Below are positions 55,140 through 62,354 of a stretch of 64,000 nt of DNA, one piece after another. The notes below the pieces were generated by a model. The model searched no databases, was not told the DNA's origin, and saw only the letters and a list, made by a program, of their open reading frames with translations. Numbering within the stretch: position 1 is the stretch's first letter; the number at the start of each line of letters is the position of its first letter. This stretch comes from Gemmatimonadales bacterium (GTDB lineage Bacteria; Gemmatimonadota; Gemmatimonadetes; Gemmatimonadales; GWC2-71-9). The DNA is taken from the NCBI GenBank assembly GCA_035575675.1, contig DATLXS010000098.1, positions 2,641 to 66,640 on the forward strand, given 5' to 3'. The translations under genes were made by a program, and so were the position numbers.

Positions 55140-56410
55140 TGGTCTGGCGAGCGAGTCATTACGTTGCGGCCGGCGTGCTCGCCGCCGGCATGCTCGGGTG
55201 GGCTGCACACGAAGCGTGGTCGTCGCGGCAGATTCCCGTCGCGCTGCCGCTTGTCGTGACCAGTGCCTATGACGAGTGGGCCGATACGCTCGGCCGCCGC
55301 GAGATGTTGTCCGACGTGCTGGAGCGGGCGGGGATCAGCGGCCGCGAGTACGTCGCGTTCATGAAAGCCACGCACGTCCTGAATCCCCGGCGCATGCAGC
55401 CGGGACTCATCTTCGAAATGCGGCGTTTGAAGGGGACGACCGTCGCCAATCGGTTGGGCGTCCGGCTCGATCCCGAGCGGCACCTGCTGATGAATCGCCG
55501 CGGCGGCGACTCGGGGTGGGTCGAGGCCGTCGAAGACATCCCGTGGACGACCGAGCGGCTGCGCACCACCGCGGTCATTCAATCAAACCTGTACGACGCC
55601 CTCGACGCCGCGATTCCGGATTCTTTCCTTCCCATGCGCCAGCGTGTTGCCCTGGCCTGGGCCATCGCCGACGTCTACGACTGGGAAGTGGACTTCACGC
55701 GCGACCTGCGTCCGGGCGACCGCGTCGAGGTATTGCTCGAGCGGCTGCAGTCGCCCGAAGGCGAGCGGCGCTTCGGCCGGATCCTCGCGGCGCGCGTCGA
55801 TGTCGCAGGATCGCCGAGCTTCGCGTTTGCCTACCAGAACGGTTTCTTCGACGATCGCGGCCGATCGTTGCGCCGAGCGTTTCTGCGGGCGCCGCTGCGC
55901 TTCAGCCACATCTCGAGCCGCTTCGGCAACCGCTTCCATCCCATTCTCAAGCGCTGGCGGTCGCACCAGGGGACCGACTACGCGGCAGCGTATGGGACCC
56001 CGGTCCGCGCCACCGCTGATGGGATCGTCACGGAAGCGGGTCGAAACGGCGGCTACGGCAACCTGGTGGAAATCCGGCACGCCAACGGCATCCGCACCCG
56101 GTACGGTCATCTTTCGAAATTCGCGAAGGGGTTGCATGCGGGGGACCGCATCAAGCAGGAGCAGGTCATCGGTTACGTGGGAGCGACCGGTCTCGCGACC
56201 GGTCCGCACCTCCATTACGAGTTTCTCGTGAATGGCCGGCCCACGAACCCGCAGCGCAAGGACGCCGGGGCCGGTGAGCCCGTGCCGTCGAAGTTGAAGT
56301 CGCAGTTCGACGATGTGCGTGTGCAGCTCCTGGCGGAGCTCGAGCCGACCGGTATTCCGTCCGCGGCGGCGGCGCTCGGCAATGCGGCCGCTCCGGCGCG
56401 CGACGACTAG
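55139..56410 (+). CDS. M23 family metallopeptidase (murein endopeptidase-like)
   Basis: 423 aa. N-terminal TM, HQGTDYAA, GNLVEIRHANGIRTRYGHL, GATGLATGPHLHYEF. Confidence 0.9.
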   Translation: MVWRASHYVAAGVLAAGMLGWAAHEAWSSRQIPVALPLVVTSAYDEWADTLGRREMLSDVLERAGISGREYVAFMKATHVLNPRRMQPGLIFEMRRLKGTTVANRLGVRLDPERHLLMNRRGGDSGWVEAVEDIPWTTERLRTTAVIQSNLYDALDAAIPDSFLPMRQRVALAWAIADVYDWEVDFTRDLRPGDRVEVLLERLQSPEGERRFGRILAARVDVAGSPSFAFAYQNGFFDDRGRSLRRAFLRAPLRFSHISSRFGNRFHPILKRWRSHQGTDYAAAYGTPVRATADGIVTEAGRNGGYGNLVEIRHANGIRTRYGHLSKFAKGLHAGDRIKQEQVIGYVGATGLATGPHLHYEFLVNGRPTNPQRKDAGAGEPVPSKLKSQFDDVRVQLLAELEPTGIPSAAAALGNAAAPARDD

Positions 56411-56437
56411 CCACCACCCTCCTTACCGACACATCGC

Positions 56438-57142
56438 GTGGAGCTCTACCCCGCCGTCGACATAGAAGGCGGGCGCGTCGCACGCGCCCACGGCGAGCTG
56501 GCGCACCCGCTCGCGGCGCTCGACACGTTCATCCGCGCCGGCGCCAAATGGATTCACCTGGTCGACATGGACCGCGCGTTCGGGCGGGGGCGCAAGGACA
56601 ACCATGAGCTCATCGGCGCGGTGCTGAGCGCGGCCGCGACGCGCGTCCAGGTGCAGGTCGGCGGCGGGCTGTTTCGGGAAACCGACATCGATCAGATGTT
56701 CAACCTGGGCGCGACCCGCGTCGTCATCGGCCCGCGCGGCGCGGTGGACTCGGGGTTGGTCGAGCGGCTCGTCACACGCTACGGCGCGCGCCGCCTCGCC
56801 GCGGGCATCGACGCGAGGGACGGCCGGGTCGCCCCGCGCGGCACGGCGGACATTCTCGATCTGACGGCGGAAGCGCTCGCGACGCGCGTCGCGACACTCG
56901 GGATCCGGACGATCATCTACAACGAGGTGACGCGCGACGGTAAGCTGACAGGCCCAGACACGGACGGAGCGAAGACGCTCGCCGCCCTCGGCGGGGGTCT
57001 CGACGTCATCGTCTCGGGTGGCGTTGGGTCGCTCGACGACCTGCGCGCCGCGCGGGCGGCGGGACTCGCCGGCATCTGTGTCGGTCGCGCGCTGTACGAC
57101 GGCAAGTTCACGATTGCGGAGGCGCTCGCGTGCCTCTCGTAA
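56438..57142 (+). CDS. hisA: HisA/PriA-like (beta/alpha)8 ProFAR-isomerase family protein
   Basis: 234 aa. LYPAVDIEGGRVAR N-terminus, VQVGGG, C-terminal IVSGGVGSLDDL...GICVGRALYDG. No other his genes in the window. Confidence 0.7.
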   Translation: MELYPAVDIEGGRVARAHGELAHPLAALDTFIRAGAKWIHLVDMDRAFGRGRKDNHELIGAVLSAAATRVQVQVGGGLFRETDIDQMFNLGATRVVIGPRGAVDSGLVERLVTRYGARRLAAGIDARDGRVAPRGTADILDLTAEALATRVATLGIRTIIYNEVTRDGKLTGPDTDGAKTLAALGGGLDVIVSGGVGSLDDLRAARAAGLAGICVGRALYDGKFTIAEALACLS

Positions 57143-58875
57143 CGCTGCGAATCATCGCCGTGCTGGCGCTGATCCTCCTGCTGTGGAATCCTGCCAGCTC
57201 GCGGCTGCTTCCCGCGGGCGATCAACCGATCGTGCTGCTCGACGGCTCGCTCAGCATGTCGGGATCGCCGTGGCACGCGGCGCTCGACAGCGCGCGGCGC
57301 TACGCGCGCGGGCGGGCGGTCGTCTGGCGCTTCGGTACCGGCGTCGCGTCGTTCGACACCACGGCGCCGACCGCGGGTGCGAGCCACCTCGGTCCGGCGC
57401 TCGAGGCCGCCGCGGGGCGGGCCGGTGAAGTCGTGGTCGTCACGGATGGAAATGTCGATGACCTGGCCGGCATTCCGCCCGATCTGCTGCGCCGGCCGCG
57501 CGTGATTCTCGCGCCGCGACCTGCATTCTTCGATGCGTACGTTGCGGCCGTCGCAGGGCCGAGGCATGTGACGCGAAGCGATACCATCCGGCTCAGGGTG
57601 AGCTACGGGACGGCGGGGACGAGGGACGGGGGAAGGGGGACGGGTAAGGCGACGCTAACGGTGTCGGTTGAAGGCCACCGGCTTGCGTCCGTCCCGGTAA
57701 TTCTGCCCGACAGTGGAGTCCTAAATACGGAGGTCACCCTTCCCGCGTCCCACGTCCCCCGTCCCGGTTGGATCGCACTCGACGTCCACCTTGATGGTGT
57801 GAACGACACGGAGTCTCGAGACGACACTCGCGCGTTCGTGATCGACGTGAGCCTCGAGCCCGCCGCGGTCCTGTTCGCGTCGCCGCCCGACTGGGACGCG
57901 CGGTTCCTCGCCCGCACCATGGCCGACGTCGCGCGTGTACCGGTCAAGGTGTTCGTCGAGACGGAAGCGGGCCGCTGGCGTGACGGCGCCACGCTGGCGC
58001 CGGTTGCGACGGCCGATCTAACGCGTGCGGCGGCGAACGCCCGCCTCGTGATCGCGACGGGTGAGCCGGGGCGGGCGCGGGCGTTTACCACCGATTCCCG
58101 CAGCGCGTTGCTGCTGTGGCCAACCACCGGGCAAACGGGCGATTGGTACGTGGAGCGGCCGGTGTCCTCACCCTTCACGGCCGCGCTTGCGGGCGTGGCG
58201 TGGGATTCACTTCCGCCTGCGACCGCCGTCACGATGCAAGTGCGCGACTCTGGGTCCGCCGCGACCGTCGCGCTGGCGGCGCGACTGGCGCGTCGCGGGG
58301 CGGCGCGCCCGATCGTGATCCTCGAGCAGCACGGCAGTCAGCGCGTCGCGACGGTCACCGCCGCCGGATTGTGGCGCTGGGCCTTCCGCGGCGGGGCCGC
58401 CGAGGAAGCCTATCGGAATGTGGTGGCGGCGATGGTGGACTGGCTATTGGGAGACGAGGGACGGGGGACGAGGGAGCGGGTCGTTCCGCAGATGTATGAA
58501 GTCCCGAATGGCATGCCCACGGTGTGGCGCTGGGCGGCCGCTGATTCTGCGCGGTCAATGGCGATCACATTGCGCACTCGCGACACGACGCGCCTCGACA
58601 CGCTGCGGTTCGATGCGGCGGGCCGCGCCGAGCTGCTCCTGCCACCCGGCGTCTATCGCTACGCCTTGAGTGGCGGCACGGAGCAGGGCGTCATCGCGGT
58701 CGAGACGTACTCCGATGAATGGTTGCCGCGTGCGCCGGCGCTCAGCGCTCAGCCGGGCGAGGCGACGGAGCGCTCGAGCACGGTGGGCCTGCGCGACCGC
58801 TGGTGGCTGTTCGCGATCGCGCTCGCGGCCCTCGCCACGGAATGGGCGCTGCGACGCCGCCAGGGCCTGCCGTAA
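57130..58875 (+). CDS. membrane protein with vWA-like N-terminal region, unknown function
   Basis: 581 aa. N-terminal TM (LRIIAVLALILLLW), IVLLDGSLSM (MIDAS-like) and a C-terminal TM (WWLFAIALAALATEWAL). Contains three heptamer arrays. Confidence 0.65.
   Translation: MPLVTLRIIAVLALILLLWNPASSRLLPAGDQPIVLLDGSLSMSGSPWHAALDSARRYARGRAVVWRFGTGVASFDTTAPTAGASHLGPALEAAAGRAGEVVVVTDGNVDDLAGIPPDLLRRPRVILAPRPAFFDAYVAAVAGPRHVTRSDTIRLRVSYGTAGTRDGGRGTGKATLTVSVEGHRLASVPVILPDSGVLNTEVTLPASHVPRPGWIALDVHLDGVNDTESRDDTRAFVIDVSLEPAAVLFASPPDWDARFLARTMADVARVPVKVFVETEAGRWRDGATLAPVATADLTRAAANARLVIATGEPGRARAFTTDSRSALLLWPTTGQTGDWYVERPVSSPFTAALAGVAWDSLPPATAVTMQVRDSGSAATVALAARLARRGAARPIVILEQHGSQRVATVTAAGLWRWAFRGGAAEEAYRNVVAAMVDWLLGDEGRGTRERVVPQMYEVPNGMPTVWRWAAADSARSMAITLRTRDTTRLDTLRFDAAGRAELLLPPGVYRYALSGGTEQGVIAVETYSDEWLPRAPALSAQPGEATERSSTVGLRDRWWLFAIALAALATEWALRRRQGLP
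57607..57648. repeat. heptamer array (6 units), GGGGGAC type
   Basis: GGGACGG CGGGGAC GAGGGAC GGGGGAA GGGGGAC GGGTAAG inside CDS 57130..58875. Confidence 0.85.
57733..57767. repeat. heptamer array (5 units), GTCCCCC type (reverse complement of 57607..57648)
   Basis: GTCACCC TTCCCGC GTCCCAC GTCCCCC GTCCCGG, 84 nt downstream of the G-rich array in the same ORF. Confidence 0.85.
58449..58476. repeat. heptamer array (4 units), GGGGGAC type
   Basis: GGGAGAC GAGGGAC GGGGGAC GAGGGAG in the same ORF as the 57.6 kb arrays. Confidence 0.85.
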
Positions 58876-59720
58876 TGGGGCGAGGCCTCTGGAGCAAGAT
58901 CGGTCGCTTTTTTTCCGGCGGCGCGGCCGCCGCGCAGCTCGACGCGGTCCAGCGGTTGCTCGTCGAAGCCGATTTTGGCGTCGCCGCAACGAATGAGACG
59001 GTCGAGCGACTCAGTCGCGCCGCCACGGTCGATGCGGCGAGCCTCGAGCGCATCGTGGCCGAGCAACTGGGTCCGCCCGGCGCCCCGCTCGCACGCGCGC
59101 CGGCGCCGCCCACCGTCATCCTCATCTTCGGCGTCAACGGAACGGGAAAGACGACGTCGGTCGCGAAGCTCGCGAAGCGACTGCAGACGGAAGGCCGGAC
59201 CGTGCTGCTCGCGGCCGCCGACACGTTCCGCGCGGGCGCGACCGAGCAGCTGAAGATCTGGGCCGATCGTCTGCACGTGCCGTTCGTCGGCGCCGCGCAG
59301 CGGGCCGATCCGGCGGCGGTCGCCTTCGATGCCGTTGCTGCCGCAGTGACGCGCGGCGTCGATACAGTATTGGTGGACACCGCCGGCCGCTTGCACACCG
59401 ATGAGCGGCTGCGCGAAGAGTTGAAGAAAATCGTGCGCGTGGTCGGCAAGCGCCTGCCTGGCGCGCCGCACGAGTCGCTGCTGGTGCTCGATGCCACCGT
59501 CGGACAGAATGCGGTGCGCCAGGCGGAGGCGTTCGCCGCCGCGGTGCCGCTCACGGGACTCGTCATCACGAAGCTCGACGGGACGGCGAAAGGCGGCAGC
59601 GTGGTCGCGTTGCGGCGCGCCGTGCCGGTGCCGATTCGCTATCTGGGGAGCGGCGAGACCGTCGACGATCTGGAGCCGTTCGACCCTGTGACGTTTGCCC
59701 ATCGCCTGGTTTCCGATTGA
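58875..59720 (+). CDS. ftsY: signal recognition particle receptor FtsY (short form)
   Basis: Listed ORF 58719.. trimmed to the ATG at 58875 (TAATG junction). Motifs GVNGTGKTTS, DTFRAGA, DTAGRLH, TKLDGTAKGG. Confidence 0.93.
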   Translation: MGRGLWSKIGRFFSGGAAAAQLDAVQRLLVEADFGVAATNETVERLSRAATVDAASLERIVAEQLGPPGAPLARAPAPPTVILIFGVNGTGKTTSVAKLAKRLQTEGRTVLLAAADTFRAGATEQLKIWADRLHVPFVGAAQRADPAAVAFDAVAAAVTRGVDTVLVDTAGRLHTDERLREELKKIVRVVGKRLPGAPHESLLVLDATVGQNAVRQAEAFAAAVPLTGLVITKLDGTAKGGSVVALRRAVPVPIRYLGSGETVDDLEPFDPVTFAHRLVSD

Positions 59721-61786
59721 ACCTCCAGCTCAATTCACCCGTCAAATTCCTCAAAGGCGTGGGCCCCAAGCGCGCCGAAGCCCTCCAACGGTTGGGCATT
59801 CGCACCGCGGGCGATCTGCTCTATCACACGCCGCATCGCTATCTCGACGCCACTACCGTCACGCGCCTAGCCCAGGCCGCGATCAATCAAGAGGTGACGT
59901 GCGTGGGTCGAGTCGTCAGCACCGGTGTGTTGCCGACCCGCCGGGGCCTGCGCGTATTCAGGGCCGTCCTGAAGGACAGCAGCGGCTTACTCGAGTGCGC
60001 CTGGCCGGGCCGGCCGTTTCTCGAGCGACAGATCAAGAAGGGCCAGCTGTTGCTGGTGACCGGGCCGGTGCGCTACTACCACGGCAAGCAGATCGTGCCG
60101 CACGAGTTTCTCGTGCTCGCCGAGCCGGATGAGGGCGAAGGGACGGGGGACCCGGGACTCGTACTGCCCGTGTATCCGGCCACGGAAGGGCTGACACACC
60201 GGCAGATCCGGGCGCTGGTCCAGCAACATCTGGATGCGCTACTACCGCTCGTGAGCGATCCGCATCCGCCCGCGTTCCGGGCGACGCACAACCTGATCGA
60301 GCTGCGGCGCGCGCTCGAGCTGATGCATCGCCCCAAGCAGGTCGAGGAAGCCGAGCTGGGGCGGCGCCGTCTCGCGTTCGACGAGCTGTTCGAGCAACAA
60401 CTGGTCCAGGCGCGGGCGCGCCATTTGGCCAAGCGGGCACGGGCCGGCATTCGGTTCACGCTGAAGCGGGAGCTGACCACCCGGCTGAAGGAGCACCTGC
60501 CGTTCGAGCTGACGGCCGATCAACGCCACGCGGTTCGGGAAATCACGGACGACATGACGGCGCCCCTGCGGATGCACCGGTTGCTCATGGGCGACGTCGG
60601 GACCGGAAAGACGGTCGTCGCGCTGTTTGCGATGCTGCTGGCGGCCGAGAACGACTATCAGGCGGCGATCATGGCGCCGACCGAGCTGCTTGCCGAGCAA
60701 CATGGTGCCACGCTGACTTCGCTGCTCGAGCCGCTGGGGATCCGGCCGGAGCTGCTGTTGGGCCGGATGACCGCGGCGGAGAAGGCGGCGGTTCGCGAGC
60801 GGCTCGCGGGCGGCGGAGCACGGATTGTCGTCGGCACGCACGCGCTGATTCAGGAGTCGGTCACGTTCCGCCGCCTGGGGCTCGCCGTCATCGACGAGCA
60901 GCACCGCTTTGGCGTCGAGCAGCGCGCCGCCCTCGTCGAGAAGGGTGATGCTCCAGACGTCTTACTGCTGACCGCCACCCCGATTCCCCGATCCCTCGCC
61001 CTCACCCTGTATGGCGACCTCGACGTCACCCAGATCCGCGAGCGTCCGCCTGGGCGCGGCGCGGTCAAGACGGCGCTCCGCACCGACGATGCCCGGTCCA
61101 AGATCTACGATTTTATTCGCAGCGAGTGCGCCGCGGGACGCCAGGTGTATGTGATCTATCCCGTGATCGACGAATCGGAGCGCGCCGATCTCAAGGCCGC
61201 GACGACGATGGCCGCGAAGCTGGCGAAGACGTTCGCCGAGTTTCGCGTGGGCCTGGTGCACGGCAAAATGAAGGCGGATGAGCGCGACGTCACGATGCGC
61301 GCGTTTCGTGACAACGCAGTCAACATCCTCGTCGCTACGAGCGTCATCGAAGTGGGGATCGACGTCGCGAACGCGACGGTGATGCTGATCGAGCATGCCG
61401 AGCGATTCGGGCTGGCGCAGCTGCACCAGCTGCGGGGCCGGGTGGGGCGGGGGGTGGCGGCGAGCCACTGCATCCTGCTGTCGGATTCACCGCAGGCGGC
61501 GCCGCGGCTCCAGGCGTTCTGCGAAACGACGGACGGCTTCAAGATCGCGGAGCTGGATTTGCACGAACGCGGGATGGGCGAGCTGGCCGGCGCCCGGCAA
61601 TCGGGCGGCGTGCCGCTGCGCTACGCCAATCTCGAGACCGACCTGCCGCTGCTCGACGCCGCGCGCACCGCCGCGGCCGCGATGATCGGCACCGATCCCG
61701 CCCTCGAGCAACGCGAGCACGCGGTTTATCGCGAGCGGATCGTTACGCGGTACGAGCGGGGGTTTGAATTATTTCGGGTGGGCTGA
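59717..61786 (+). CDS. recG: ATP-dependent DNA helicase RecG
   Basis: 689 aa. Wedge-domain N-terminus (KGVGPKRAEAL), GDVGTGKT, DEQHRFG, TATPIPRS, QLHQLRGRVGRG. TTGA overlap with the ftsY stop. Confidence 0.95.
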   Translation: MNLQLNSPVKFLKGVGPKRAEALQRLGIRTAGDLLYHTPHRYLDATTVTRLAQAAINQEVTCVGRVVSTGVLPTRRGLRVFRAVLKDSSGLLECAWPGRPFLERQIKKGQLLLVTGPVRYYHGKQIVPHEFLVLAEPDEGEGTGDPGLVLPVYPATEGLTHRQIRALVQQHLDALLPLVSDPHPPAFRATHNLIELRRALELMHRPKQVEEAELGRRRLAFDELFEQQLVQARARHLAKRARAGIRFTLKRELTTRLKEHLPFELTADQRHAVREITDDMTAPLRMHRLLMGDVGTGKTVVALFAMLLAAENDYQAAIMAPTELLAEQHGATLTSLLEPLGIRPELLLGRMTAAEKAAVRERLAGGGARIVVGTHALIQESVTFRRLGLAVIDEQHRFGVEQRAALVEKGDAPDVLLLTATPIPRSLALTLYGDLDVTQIRERPPGRGAVKTALRTDDARSKIYDFIRSECAAGRQVYVIYPVIDESERADLKAATTMAAKLAKTFAEFRVGLVHGKMKADERDVTMRAFRDNAVNILVATSVIEVGIDVANATVMLIEHAERFGLAQLHQLRGRVGRGVAASHCILLSDSPQAAPRLQAFCETTDGFKIAELDLHERGMGELAGARQSGGVPLRYANLETDLPLLDAARTAAAAMIGTDPALEQREHAVYRERIVTRYERGFELFRVG

Positions 61787-61790
61787 GAAT

Positions 61791-61854
61791 GGTGTCAGGT
61801 GTCTGGTGTCTGGTGTCAGATGTTTCTGACACCAGGAACCTGACACCCGACACC
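61791..61854. repeat. inverted heptamer-array hairpin in the convergent gap
   Basis: GGTGTCA GGTGTCT GGTGTCT GGTGTCAG, loop ATGTTT, CTGACAC CAGGAAC CTGACAC CCGACACC. Fills the 67-nt gap between the recG stop and the stop of the minus-strand gene. No U-tract. Confidence 0.9.
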
Positions 61855-62354
61855 TAGAACGGGACCCGCACCCCAACCTGCATCGGAGCAAAGGGAATAT
61901 TCCCCGGCCCTTCCCCCGGATGCAGATCAATAATGAAGAGAGCAGTCGTCGCCAGGAGGCTCGCCTGCGCGCCGAGCAGCCAGCGATTGGCTCGCCGGTC
62001 GTACGCGCGCGAGCGCTGATAGAGCTGCTCCGCGTCGCTGCGGATGTAGCGGCCGTCAGTACCCAGCGCGCAGGCGTCCTGCGCCGACCGGCAGACGTCG
62101 AGCAGGGCATTCCACTCGCGCCGTGAGTTGGTGTGCTGCTTCTCCGCGAAGACTATCAAGGCCCCCACACTCGCCGCAGTGAGCCATTTTCCGGTGTGCA
62201 CGACGGCGCGTTGGAACGATGCACGTTGGTCATCGGTCGTCAGTCGTCGGTTCTCAGTACCGATGACCGATGACCGATGACCGATCGCCTGGCTACGTAG
62301 CGAGGGCGCGAGGCCGCAACACAGCATCGCAACGAGAATCGTCGAGCGTCTCAT
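61854..62354 (-). CDS. secreted/membrane protein of unknown function
   Basis: Listed ORF trimmed to the Met at 62354 (MRRSTILVAMLCCGLAPSLRSQA signal peptide), which makes an ATGA overlap with the upstream BamB-like stop. A heptamer hairpin is translated in frame after the signal peptide. Confidence 0.6.
   Translation of the reverse strand: MRRSTILVAMLCCGLAPSLRSQAIGHRSSVIGTENRRLTTDDQRASFQRAVVHTGKWLTAASVGALIVFAEKQHTNSRREWNALLDVCRSAQDACALGTDGRYIRSDAEQLYQRSRAYDRRANRWLLGAQASLLATTALFIIDLHPGEGPGNIPFAPMQVGVRVPF
62227..62284. repeat. inverted heptamer-array hairpin inside a CDS
   Basis: GGTCATC GGTCGTC AGTCGTC GGT, loop TCTCAGT, ACC GATGACC GATGACC GATGACC GAT. About 24 bp pair, with the mismatches being G-U compatible. 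Confidence 0.9.

Noticed and set aside
4948-62284. Interpreting the short repeat arrays as CRISPR arrays
   Set aside because: The units are 7 nt with no spacers, there are at most 6 units, and no cas genes are present. This is incompatible with CRISPR architecture.
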